Positions 30,643 to 39,999 of a stretch of DNA of 64,000 bases are shown piece by piece; the first letter of the stretch is position 1, and every line of letters starts with the position of its first letter. A program made the position numbers and the translations under genes. This DNA is from Nitrososphaeria archaeon. Its GTDB lineage: Archaea > Thermoproteota > Nitrososphaeria > JACIWG01. The notes under the pieces were generated by a model that searched no databases, was not told the DNA's origin, and saw nothing but the letters and a program-made list of their open reading frames with translations. Location: the NCBI GenBank assembly GCA_029776065.1, contig JARVJP010000011.1:24662-88661 (forward strand). The letters are read 5' to 3'.

Positions 30643-31461
30643 ATGTACTTTAGTGACCGAGTACGTAAAGAACTAAGATACTTGGGTCACCCAGCTCGGA
30701 AGAGGATAATCGAACTCCTAGGTTCAAAGGAGGTGGTTTCTATAACAGAATTGAGAGCTGAAACCGGTTTACCAGTTGGTACCCTCTACTACCATCTTGA
30801 TGTCTTAAAGGACTTAATAGTTCAAGACGAGGAGAGAAAGTATCACTTAAGCCGGGAGGGTCGGAAAATATATGAGTCACTGGTTAAAGAAAAAGGTCTC
30901 CCTGTGGCCAGTACTGTTGTAAGTAGGTTTCTCCCGGGATGGCTTTTCATTAAAGTTGGTGAAAATCTAGGTGTAGCTGTCTTGTCGTGGATGATTATTG
31001 GGCTGTTAGGCTCACTGCTCTCATATTACGAGGGCGGGGTTCAGTTTTTAGTTCACTATGGTTTCTCCACCCTCTCTGGCTGGTTACGTGCCTTATTCTT
31101 CCCAATTAGCATGGCTTTCTATTCTGTTTTTAACTATCTTCTGGTCTGGTTCTTGGTTGGGAGAAGGGTCTTAGCGAGTGGTTTCTTCGCTTCTGGAATA
31201 GTGTATGCTCCTTTCTTGTTCATTCCCATTCTATCTGTCGTAGCTTTTGATACGTTCAGTGTATATAAGATCATTTTTCTCTTTATTGTCATTTTTGCTC
31301 AAATATTATTCCTAATCCTAGGTGCCACATACGTCTCAGTTGTTTATGGAATAAGGTTTGAAAGATCTTTACTTATCCAACTAATCTTCTATCTTATAGC
31401 ATCATTAGCATTCTCTTTTCTCCAACTCCTTAATTTAATTAATGAGCCTTGGATGATATAA
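30643..31461 (+). CDS. ArsR-like winged-HTH regulator fused to a multi-pass membrane domain
   Basis: LGHPARKRIIELL...GTLYYHLDVL wHTH followed by about 5 TM helices. Confidence 0.82.
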   Translation: MYFSDRVRKELRYLGHPARKRIIELLGSKEVVSITELRAETGLPVGTLYYHLDVLKDLIVQDEERKYHLSREGRKIYESLVKEKGLPVASTVVSRFLPGWLFIKVGENLGVAVLSWMIIGLLGSLLSYYEGGVQFLVHYGFSTLSGWLRALFFPISMAFYSVFNYLLVWFLVGRRVLASGFFASGIVYAPFLFIPILSVVAFDTFSVYKIIFLFIVIFAQILFLILGATYVSVVYGIRFERSLLIQLIFYLIASLAFSFLQLLNLINEPWMI

Positions 31462-31493
31462 GAAATAAAAAAATAGAAGATTAGGGGTTTGGT

Positions 31494-32600
31494 TTACCTA
31501 GTAATTTTAAGCTTTGGTTCCACTAATACTTTGCGTGCAGCGAACACTATTACCCCTATTACAGTTATGACGGTAACAACTGTGATCAAGGAGAAGAGTC
31601 CAGGATACGCTGTTGGAAGAGAAATGTTTGATACAGGAACTTGGTAAGTAGGTATGTCTTGTATGTTGCCAGAAGCAACACCAATTACTGGGTCATGAGT
31701 GATGTTATTGCCATGGGGATAGTTGAATTCAACGATGTTGACCGTTCCATTAGCCTTTTTATATGCTATGACCGGCATGGGTGCTTCGTCGATGAAAGCT
31801 TCGCTTGCCCAAGTGAAGTAGGCGTAAGCGTCTCTGTTGATTATCACCTCAGTACTATTATCGTAATGCGTTATCTGAGCCAAACCAGACACCCCTCCGA
31901 ACGAAGTCACTAGAGCTAGTCTACTGTTTTCTTCAACCCATGGGAAGTTTTCGAAGATGAAGTCGACTTTAGCTTCATTTGGAGCTATGGGTGTGCCATC
32001 ACCTAAGACTACTCCAGTGTTAAAGATCTTTGTTCGGATCGTATATTTTGCTCCTCTGTCCTCCGCTGTTAACTCGATGGCCCAACCCTTAGTTCCGTTG
32101 ATTGTTTGGGGGGTTGCTGAGAGTTTCCAATCGAGTTTTGCAAAGTTCACGAACTGTAGTCTTGTGTCATTGTCTGCAGGGAGGAAGAAACCGTCGTTGT
32201 TTTTGTCTTGGTATTCAATCAATCCAAACGTTTTAAGTAGCCCATTTACCCATTCCAAGGTCTTATTGCCACCTTCTTTTGTAATATCTGCCATTGCTAC
32301 ATAAATACTGGGTACTCCTTGTTTATGAATTCTAAGCAGGAACGCTTGGGTAGTGTTGTCTTCCTTTGTAGAGATGAAGTCAACGAAATTTGGTGCTTTA
32401 TTCATCATTAGAAAATGTTTAACTTGAAATCTCTGACGTAATTTCTCTAATCTTTGCATCTGTTCCTGGGCCATTCTATTCTGCCCTTTTTTCACATTGT
32501 TGTCCGCTGATGCTGAGGCGAATTCTGCTGTAAAGGAAGTTAGCGCTATGAGGGCTATAGTTGCTAAGATTACTGTGTTTTTCAGATACACTTTGTTCAT
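31494..32600 (-). CDS. Secreted protein with a C-terminal membrane anchor (surface protein)
   Basis: Signal peptide, LIEYQDKNNDG, KVDFIFENFPW, THDPVIG and a C-terminal TM. Confidence 0.75.
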   Translation of the reverse strand: MNKVYLKNTVILATIALIALTSFTAEFASASADNNVKKGQNRMAQEQMQRLEKLRQRFQVKHFLMMNKAPNFVDFISTKEDNTTQAFLLRIHKQGVPSIYVAMADITKEGGNKTLEWVNGLLKTFGLIEYQDKNNDGFFLPADNDTRLQFVNFAKLDWKLSATPQTINGTKGWAIELTAEDRGAKYTIRTKIFNTGVVLGDGTPIAPNEAKVDFIFENFPWVEENSRLALVTSFGGVSGLAQITHYDNSTEVIINRDAYAYFTWASEAFIDEAPMPVIAYKKANGTVNIVEFNYPHGNNITHDPVIGVASGNIQDIPTYQVPVSNISLPTAYPGLFSLITVVTVITVIGVIVFAARKVLVEPKLKITR

Positions 32601-32632
32601 TTTTATCTGGAGTTGTTTTTTGTTTTTGTTGG

Positions 32633-32698
32633 TATTTAATATCTGATCTTCTAGAACATCGTTCGAACTATTCTACTGATGTTCGAATTTTCTAGAAC
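32633..32698 (-). promoter_or_regulatory. TATA box plus array of GAAC/GTTC half-sites with ~10-nt period
   Basis: TAGAAC 32652-32657, GTTCGAAC 32661-32668, ATTCTA 32670-32675, GTTCGAA 32681-32687, TAGAAC 32693-32698; minus-strand TATTAAATA begins 10 nt from the first site. Confidence 0.65.
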
Positions 32699-32883
32699 AT
32701 GATATTTTATTTTGTCTAACGTCTTTATTGCTTTATATTGGTTGCCTGAATACTTCTACTATGAAGAACTTGAGCATGTCTGTCAACCAACAGTACCTAG
32801 CACGATATAAACTTGACGAGTTAGTCTACATCTTAAAGGGGATTACTGCGTGATGAGACATTTGATATTAAATCCGCCAAAGT

Positions 32884-33384
32884 TCACGAGTTTATTTTGT
32901 CTTGAGGGGTGACATTAAGCGCAATAGCGAGCCTTTTAAGGTCGTCTTCGCTAATCCATTCAGTTTTAAGATATGAGTAGATCTCGTCATCCGTCATCCC
33001 TATCCTCCTCGCCTCTGAAACAGCAAGTTTGTAGGCCTCAACCTCGGTTGGCCTTTCAACGTAAGAAAACCTGTCATCAAATAACTCCTTACCTTCCAAG
33101 TACTGCTTTATATGGCATAATTCGTGGATTATATCGAGATAGATCTCTTTCTCGCTCCCGTTTTTTAGATAGTATGTGCTAACCATGAGATGCCCGCCAT
33201 CAGGGTTCACCCCCATGTATCCGTATCTGGAAGAGAAGAACTCAACCTTTAACCGGCTAAGTGTTTTTTCAACATCTTTTCCAAATAAGTTTCTGACCAC
33301 TTCTACGTTTTCAAAGCCTTTAAAATAGTCAACGAATCTATATAATTTTATTTTTACTTCTCGAGTTATGGTAACATCTAGCAT
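32884..33384 (-). CDS. Hypothetical zincin-like protein
   Basis: IIHELCH and EVEA motifs. Confidence 0.7.
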   Translation of the reverse strand: MLDVTITREVKIKLYRFVDYFKGFENVEVVRNLFGKDVEKTLSRLKVEFFSSRYGYMGVNPDGGHLMVSTYYLKNGSEKEIYLDIIHELCHIKQYLEGKELFDDRFSYVERPTEVEAYKLAVSEARRIGMTDDEIYSYLKTEWISEDDLKRLAIALNVTPQDKINS

Positions 33385-33466
33385 CTTGAATCACTTTGTT
33401 CACTTTTATAGGGTCTGACTGAGGATTAAAAAGTTTAAGACTCCCTCCAACAAAAGAGTTGCCCAC

Positions 33467-34618
33467 ATGGTTCACCAGCGTAGCATAATACTCTCTTCTC
33501 TGCTCACGGATCTCTTCTTCTTCGGGCTCTTTATCAGCCTATTTGGGCCATCTAATATAAAGATGATGGAAGAATTTGATGTGGATTTTGCGACTATAGG
33601 TTTAGTCGTATCCGCTCAGTCACTAGGTACCGTGCTCTGCTTCTTTACAGGTGCTATCTCTGATAAGTATGGTCATTATAATGTTGTGAGATTGAGCCTA
33701 CTTGTTTTAGGCGTATTCACAATTCTAATGGGCGTCTCTCCTAGCATATCTTTTTTGATCCTGTTTTCTTTTGTTATAGGAATTGCTTTTGGAATGTTTA
33801 ACACCTCATTTAACCCCGTTATATTTGACCTCTATCCTGATGAGAAGTTTAAGATGTTAAATCTTGTTTTAGTTTCTTTTGGCATAGGCATTGTGTTCGG
33901 TCCAGCCATTATTGCCGGTATGATTTCTTTTTTTGGAAATTGGAGAATAGGCTATATCCTCTTCGGTCTGTTATTGGTGGTTGTTGCGATATTCGAGCTT
34001 ATGATAAAGACTCAAAGTGGAGGGAGCTCAAAGGTAAGTCGAGGGCAAATGCACTTTGACCGGCCTTTCCTATTGCTTCTTGCATGTATGTTCTTTTTCT
34101 ATCTTTTCGCTACTGGGATTACATCATGGATTCCAACTTATATTGTAAAAACTAACAAAGTTGAATACTTAGAAGCAGGCGTAGTTCTAAGCTGTTTTTG
34201 GTTGGTAGTCACTTTAACGAGGCTCTACTCCTGGAAGATAACAAAAGTTTTAGGGCAAGAGAAGGTCATCACATGCCTATCTCTTTTAGGATTCTGTGCC
34301 GGGTTGTTATCTGTATTCTGTACTGGTTTCATATCGAATCTGATTGTGTGGGGGTTAATGGGATTGGCTTTCGCACTGGTATACCCATCGGTTATCTCTA
34401 TTGCACATAGTAATTATCAAAACTCGCCAGGTAAAGCGATTGGTAGACTTATCTCCCTTGGTAGTGTAGGTGCATTTGTTTCAGCGCCCATGATAGGTTT
34501 GATAGCTAATTTTACAAGTGCTGATATTGCAACCTTGGTAATCCCATTTTCAAGTCTTATCGTCGCTATACTATTCTTTAAGCTGAGCCATCTAAAAAAC
34601 TTTAAGTCAAGACATTAA
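33467..34618 (+). CDS. MFS transporter (fucose/TsgA-like)
   Basis: GAISDKYG motif; 12 TM. Confidence 0.88.
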   Translation: MVHQRSIILSSLLTDLFFFGLFISLFGPSNIKMMEEFDVDFATIGLVVSAQSLGTVLCFFTGAISDKYGHYNVVRLSLLVLGVFTILMGVSPSISFLILFSFVIGIAFGMFNTSFNPVIFDLYPDEKFKMLNLVLVSFGIGIVFGPAIIAGMISFFGNWRIGYILFGLLLVVVAIFELMIKTQSGGSSKVSRGQMHFDRPFLLLLACMFFFYLFATGITSWIPTYIVKTNKVEYLEAGVVLSCFWLVVTLTRLYSWKITKVLGQEKVITCLSLLGFCAGLLSVFCTGFISNLIVWGLMGLAFALVYPSVISIAHSNYQNSPGKAIGRLISLGSVGAFVSAPMIGLIANFTSADIATLVIPFSSLIVAILFFKLSHLKNFKSRH

Positions 34619-34729
34619 TGTACAATAAAACCTTCGCGAGACGGATCGCATTATTTCTTTGTTGTTATGGATCGCAACGCTAATTGTTGTTTAGATAAAT
34701 TTATATATTGCTTACATCAATGTTATTAC

Positions 34730-34932
34730 ACTGTCATAACAAGCCTGTGCGACCCCAGCAGGCTCAACCCGCCTATCCAACACCAATCCATCTCCTAAGA
34801 TGGCAGTCTTGGCCGAGGCCAAGGTGTAGCAAAGCTGCATGCTTTAGGAAATGTTCCTAGAGCGCAGAACTGTCTGTTTAAACCTTGGTTCGGCCAAGCT
34901 AGGAGATGTTTATTAGATATGGTTAAGTTTTT
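34730..34932 (+). ncRNA. Candidate structured ncRNA of unknown family
   Basis: TATA TTTATATA 34700-34707; nested long-range stems 34789-34797/34900-34908 and 34808-34824/34883-34898 enclosing three hairpins; G-U wobbles favour the + strand; T-run at 34928-34932; no ORF. Confidence 0.7.
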
Positions 34933-35059
34933 GTGTAGTGGTACAACTACGTTTAACAGATTTACTTGGCTGTTATCAAGTTTTGATTAACACCGAGTTA
35001 TCCAAACTTTTATATCCACCTTCTAAAGTGTATAAAATCAAGTTGAGGTGTGATGAATT

Positions 35060-36121
35060 ATGGGGAAGAAAGGGGTAAGTAATTTAATTGTGGTTGTGTT
35101 AATTATATTTGTTCTAGCTTTTAGTCTATTATCTGTTTATCTGCTCGCACAAATTAATCCTTTACAGAACCAGATTAACGGCCTTCTTGCGGAGAGGGAC
35201 GACTTAAGCTCTAGACTTTCTTTACTTAATTCAAAAAATGATGAATTGATCAAGGAAAACGAACATTTGAAGAGTAGTGTTGAATTAGGTGACAAGGAGG
35301 TTGAGTCACTTAAAAAGCAAGTTAATGAACTATATTCTCAAATACAAATATTAAATCAAGAGAAAAGTGATCTCCAAGAGAAATATAGTATGTTACGTTA
35401 TGAAATGGATAAGGTAAATCTTTCATATTCTCGATTCAAAGCATTTCTATTATCGTATTCTACTTGGAACCTCAATTACACTTTTAAAAGGGTCTTCGAT
35501 GACAAGGAAATCTTATCTTTAAAAAGTTTACTTCTTGCAAAAGTGCTTACCACTACGAATGATCCATGGAGAAGTTTTCAAGATATATATAATTGGATCA
35601 CTAAAAATATAAAGTACGTATATGATGAGCCATTTCCCGTTCCCCCAAGTTTTAACGAACTAGTTAATGAGATTGTACAAAATGAAACTGTGCTTGATTC
35701 GATAATGGCTCCGAGCGAGTCTCTCAAGTTGATGCAAGGTGACTGCGATGATCAATCGATTCTTTCGTATGCTATGATAAAATCGTATGAAGCTTATGTT
35801 CTTGGTAAAGAATACAGGAAATGGTTGATGGTTATCTACTTTAACGACGACTCTGGTCACATGTGTTTAGCTATCCCTGTCTTAGGAGATGGTGGAAAAA
35901 CGGAATTAACAATATTAGATCCAGCTGGCCACTACCTTACTAACAAGTTAGGGGTTATAACTTCAAAGGAGCCCCTCAGTGAATTGAATAATTACAGCTC
36001 ATACTGGTCAAGCCATAGGGGTATTAAAACTATAGAATTATATCGGGTAGAAGGTAACGTTGCTTATTTGGACATCAGCGGCAGTATATCCGATGTTGCT
36101 GACTTTATTGGAAGTATCTAA
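35060..36121 (+). CDS. Transglutaminase-like cysteine protease with a class III (pilin-type) signal peptide and coiled coil
   Basis: MGKKG|VSNLIVVVL, heptad region, and GDCDD / GHM / LDP catalytic triad. Confidence 0.82.
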   Translation: MGKKGVSNLIVVVLIIFVLAFSLLSVYLLAQINPLQNQINGLLAERDDLSSRLSLLNSKNDELIKENEHLKSSVELGDKEVESLKKQVNELYSQIQILNQEKSDLQEKYSMLRYEMDKVNLSYSRFKAFLLSYSTWNLNYTFKRVFDDKEILSLKSLLLAKVLTTTNDPWRSFQDIYNWITKNIKYVYDEPFPVPPSFNELVNEIVQNETVLDSIMAPSESLKLMQGDCDDQSILSYAMIKSYEAYVLGKEYRKWLMVIYFNDDSGHMCLAIPVLGDGGKTELTILDPAGHYLTNKLGVITSKEPLSELNNYSSYWSSHRGIKTIELYRVEGNVAYLDISGSISDVADFIGSI

Positions 36122-36126
36122 AGCCC

Positions 36127-37563
36127 TTATCCCAAACCCTTTTCAGATTTTTCCTTCCACTTCATAATTAACCATTGTTCTTTTCCTTCTTTTGTCTTAA
36201 ACTTTAATAGTTGATAAGCCCCGTGTAATCTATCACCTTTAAGCCTAAACTTTATCTGCCCCTCTTTTTTCTTTATCAGTTCATATTCTCCACGGTCCCA
36301 TATTGTAACCTTTCCAGCGCCGTACTCCCCCTCCGGTATTGAATTAGATACTAGCATAGAACCAGCAAAATAGTTATTGTTTTCTTCCACTTGTATGTCG
36401 TACATTTTTTGGCTTCGAATTTTTTGTTTTGGAGCTTTTTCAATTGAAGCTATTTTCACCGGTATTACACCCTCTTTACCTTTTTCATATTTCCATTCTA
36501 ATTTACATGGTTTAAGATATGTTTTGTAACGAAGTTCTGGCAAAATGTAATGATCTACTAATGTGAGGAATCTCATAGAACTTATTTTGTCTAAGTGAAT
36601 GAAATACATATTACCACCTTTTTTCCTATTTTTACGGTAAACTTTAGCATTTATTTGCCATTTCTTTCTTAGGAATTCCACAATTAGACTGTTCTCCTCT
36701 TTTGTGAAACCCTGTGTAGAAAATTCGACATATTTATTCCAAAGATATCCATCATCCATATACCAAATCGCTAATCCACGCTCGTCCAAAAGCAAAAGTA
36801 TTTCTTCACTTAATATTTTTACTTTATTTCTATAAAATTTAGGATAAATATCAACTAGAGCAATATGTGTGAAACGAAAACTCCATGAATTAGAGCTCTT
36901 TCTTTTATGGGTCTTTGTATAGGGAGCAAGTACATTTCTTATGAATTCTAAATAGCTTTTTTGGTTACCGCTATTGGTAAGTTGATAACAAGGAATTTTT
37001 GTTCCTTTTTGAAGTTCAAGATGAGCGTCTCCTAACAAAGTCCCTATTAAAACTTGAAATTGCTCCTCACTCCACTTCATTCCAGGAACAAAAATACTAT
37101 CTCCAACTTTTAATTCCTTGGCAAGTTTAATGCCATTGGGAGTAAATATTTTATGATTATGTGTAACAGTAATTATACGTCTTCCACCATATTGGCCAGG
37201 TATTCTTATTCTTAAGAAATTAGTTGTTTTGCCGTTGCAAAACCAGTTTATGATCGGTTTCCACTCCAATTGATATGTTTTGAAATTATAAGAAAGACAT
37301 TTTATCTTCTTTTTTTCTTTAACTATATTACCTATATTTAAACTACCTTCTTCTGTTATAACTTTTGTATAAAATTCAAAACAACCTTCAAAATCTCCAT
37401 ATTCCAAGGGGTGATCTTCAACTTTAATCGCCAATCTTCTTATGCCATAGCTTTCAGGCACTCCCTTTGGGACTGCCCAGGACTTTAATACGCCATCAAC
37501 TTCTATTCTGAAGTCGAAATGATGCGTAGACGCCCAATGTTCATGGACAACGAATTTTGGCAT
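36127..37563 (-). CDS. Stand-alone LigD 3'-phosphoesterase (PE) domain interrupted by an intein
   Basis: Extein motifs FVVHEH..HFDFR, LKSWAVPKG, RLAIKVEDHPLEY, then SIPEGEYGAG and WDRG; the spliced product would be 131 aa. Confidence 0.92.
   Translation of the reverse strand: MPKFVVHEHWASTHHFDFRIEVDGVLKSWAVPKGVPESYGIRRLAIKVEDHPLEYGDFEGCFEFYTKVITEEGSLNIGNIVKEKKKIKCLSYNFKTYQLEWKPIINWFCNGKTTNFLRIRIPGQYGGRRIITVTHNHKIFTPNGIKLAKELKVGDSIFVPGMKWSEEQFQVLIGTLLGDAHLELQKGTKIPCYQLTNSGNQKSYLEFIRNVLAPYTKTHKRKSSNSWSFRFTHIALVDIYPKFYRNKVKILSEEILLLLDERGLAIWYMDDGYLWNKYVEFSTQGFTKEENSLIVEFLRKKWQINAKVYRKNRKKGGNMYFIHLDKISSMRFLTLVDHYILPELRYKTYLKPCKLEWKYEKGKEGVIPVKIASIEKAPKQKIRSQKMYDIQVEENNNYFAGSMLVSNSIPEGEYGAGKVTIWDRGEYELIKKKEGQIKFRLKGDRLHGAYQLLKFKTKEGKEQWLIMKWKEKSEKGLG
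36343..37383 (-). mobile_element. Intein with LAGLIDADG homing endonuclease (347 aa)
   Basis: Starts at C61 (CFEFYTKV); block B VTHNHKIF; LIGTLLGDA and LAIWYMDDG; block F YDIQVEENNNYFA; ends VSN before a +1 Ser; visibly AT-richer than its flanks. Confidence 0.93.
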
Positions 37564-37714
37564 ATTTTGTTGTTAAAAAATGTCAAGATATAGGTGTTTT
37601 GCTTAGTATTATTTGATTGGACTGAATCCTACCCCTCTCTGATATTTTCTATTTTTTTTACTATTAAGAACGCTTTAAAACCTTTTAATGTTTGACTACA
37701 AGTTCAGATGATGT

Positions 37715-38401
37715 ATGGAACCCCTTAAAGTTGTTGTCGACAGTTACATGGAAAAGGTTTCCGGTATTAAAGAACTTTGTGATAGATGTTTAAGGACAGA
37801 GAGGTGGGGTGGAAATGTTGTCTTGATGGTTGTTGACGCAGCATTTAATTCTATAGGGTTGAACTACTTTACTGCCATCGTTCCTAAAGTGGAAGAGTTC
37901 GAAAACAAATTTGTAAGGACGAACAAAATTAAGGCGCTGAAGGATCTAATAATTATGGACATCAGCGTTCTTCGGTCTATATGGAAGAACGAGAGATCTT
38001 GGAGTATTGCAAAGGAAATAGCTTCATTTTTTTCTAAGTTTGATGACGATAGACTTGCATTAAGAGTTTGGGCAAAGAACTCTAGGCTTATTGGATGGGA
38101 AGAGGATCCTATAGGTAGAATAAAGGGTGTGGGTCTTGTGACATATCAATACCTTCGGATGATGGGTGGCATTGATACTGTTATGCCTGACAAGATCGTT
38201 AAGAGAGTCGTAAACGAAATTCTTGTAAAAGTGGGGCAGAAGCCGGTTGAAGACGATATAGAGTTCATAAAGAAGTCTGAGGAAATCGCTCTCCTAACAG
38301 GTTATCGCCCAATTGAACTTTGTTGGATGACATGGTTGATTCAACCCGAAGGTAGGATTATGAGGATGGCAAAGTATTCAAATATCTTCACTAAAATCTG
38401 A
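37715..38401 (+). CDS. Hypothetical protein with an HhH-GPD-like DNA glycosylase motif
   Basis: IKGVGLVTYQYLRMMGGIDTVMPD helix-hairpin-helix plus PD. Confidence 0.65.
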   Translation: MEPLKVVVDSYMEKVSGIKELCDRCLRTERWGGNVVLMVVDAAFNSIGLNYFTAIVPKVEEFENKFVRTNKIKALKDLIIMDISVLRSIWKNERSWSIAKEIASFFSKFDDDRLALRVWAKNSRLIGWEEDPIGRIKGVGLVTYQYLRMMGGIDTVMPDKIVKRVVNEILVKVGQKPVEDDIEFIKKSEEIALLTGYRPIELCWMTWLIQPEGRIMRMAKYSNIFTKI

Positions 38402-38407
38402 TGCCAT

Positions 38408-38851
38408 TTAATATTTCACTTCAAATTCTAGTGAGGGTCTAACAGTCCCTAGATAATTTTCATCTAAGTAAACGTCTATTGCATCTAATCCTAATTGCAC
38501 GATCCTGACTGTGAATTGTTCACCTCCAACACGTCTCTTTATCTCAATGATCAAGTCTAAGTAGTCGAGGTCTGCTGTAGCACCTCCATACCTATCTTCG
38601 AATCCAATAACATATGTTTCGAACACTTCCTCTGTTTGATATGTTCCTTTTTGCACACCGATAACCTTGTAGGAAAATATGGTTTCATTTGTACTTTGAT
38701 TGATAAACTTGAATCTAATTAGTTGTTTTTGTAGGTCATGTGGTAGTTTCTGTCTTTGATGGTTCAGTACTTCAGTGATCGAATAGCCAACAATCAGCCC
38801 TAAGATTAGAAAGGTTGAAGCAACTAAGACTGTCTTCCTATCTTTGAGCAT
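38408..38851 (-). CDS. Hypothetical membrane-anchored protein
   Basis: N-terminal TM; GFED...DLDYLD possible Ca-binding loop. Confidence 0.6.
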   Translation of the reverse strand: MLKDRKTVLVASTFLILGLIVGYSITEVLNHQRQKLPHDLQKQLIRFKFINQSTNETIFSYKVIGVQKGTYQTEEVFETYVIGFEDRYGGATADLDYLDLIIEIKRRVGGEQFTVRIVQLGLDAIDVYLDENYLGTVRPSLEFEVKY

Positions 38852-38956
38852 GGGGTTATAATAGGTAGCTACTTCGTTATTAATCTTCGCATATAAATAG
38901 AATTTGACGATAGTAACAAAAGTATGCTACTGGTTTTGGTAAGGTCAAGTCTAATG

Positions 38957-39922
38957 TCAGCTGAAGCTTACGATTAAAAAGATGCTATATAAGAAAACTA
39001 GCATAACCCCCTCTCTCCAACCTATTCTCTCGTTTGAAATGAAGTACCATAGAAGCAGATTTGATATAAGGGAAAATATAGCTACACTTGAAAAGGCAGA
39101 TATGTTTACGTTAAAGGGGGATGCAATCAAAGTTACTCCTAAGATACAGGTTAAGTTCACAAATCCACTTCCAATAATGTTGCCAAATGCAAGGTTAAGA
39201 TGGCCTTGTCTAGTCGCCTGTAGGCTTGTAGCAAATTCGGGGACCGTCGTTCCAAATGCGACAATAGTGGACCCAATTACTATAGAAGGCACCCCAAGTG
39301 CTAAAGCAATGTAAGAGGCAGAATCAATTAAGAAGTATGCGCTGCCAGCGACCCCTATCACTCCAAGTAGTGTCAACAATAGGCAAGGTAATACCTTTGC
39401 ACATTCCCGGTCTGGGACTTCTTCCTTGGGCGAAGTTCTCTCCTTCGATAGTTGATAGGTATTAAAAATAAAGAGCACTAGTAAAGCTACTCCAATATAC
39501 TGACTTGCCTCCTTTAAGTAAAGAAGTATCAGAGGAATAATAGATGCCATAAAAAGACCAAAGTATAAGCTTCCAACCTCTTCCTTTGTAATTAACATCG
39601 TAAAAGAGATCGATCTATTTCCTTTTAAAGTGGAGAGCAAGATGCAAACACCAAGGATGAGGCATATATTTGTGATATTGGCGCCCAACACGTTCCCAAC
39701 TGCAACGCCAACAGTTCCATGTCCTAATGCTGCAAATATGGCGACTAAAAGTTCTGGAAGCGATGTTGCAAATGCGACTAGTAAAAATCCGATTGTGGTC
39801 TTCCCAAACCCTGTCGCTGTAGAGACCTTTACCGCATTTGTAATTACGATGTGACTCGACTTGCTTAGCACTAGCAGAGATACTATAAGAACTAATATGT
39901 TTGGTAAAATCCCATCGACCAA
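38957..39922 (-). CDS. Cation/Ca2+ antiporter (CaCA, YrbG-like)
   Basis: Two alpha-repeats: ATSLPE...GNVLGAN and GTTVPE...GNIIGS. Confidence 0.92.
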   Translation of the reverse strand: MVDGILPNILVLIVSLLVLSKSSHIVITNAVKVSTATGFGKTTIGFLLVAFATSLPELLVAIFAALGHGTVGVAVGNVLGANITNICLILGVCILLSTLKGNRSISFTMLITKEEVGSLYFGLFMASIIPLILLYLKEASQYIGVALLVLFIFNTYQLSKERTSPKEEVPDRECAKVLPCLLLTLLGVIGVAGSAYFLIDSASYIALALGVPSIVIGSTIVAFGTTVPEFATSLQATRQGHLNLAFGNIIGSGFVNLTCILGVTLIASPFNVNISAFSSVAIFSLISNLLLWYFISNERIGWREGVMLVFLYSIFLIVSFS

Positions 39923-39999
39923 GATGTACCCTTGCTATGCGGTCTAATTATGTGATAAAAACTTTTCTTCAATACCTAAAATAATCCTTTATCTGTCAA

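Noticed and set aside
32761-32853. 30-codon ORF MKNLSMSVNQQYLARYKLDELVYILKGITA
   Set aside because: Short and without a motif; cannot be told apart from chance without conservation data.
34730-34932. SRP RNA, RNase P RNA or tRNA identity for the structured element
   Set aside because: No SRP helix-8 motif, no GAGGAAAGUCC/AACAGAA P4 strands, and no D/T-loop consensus.
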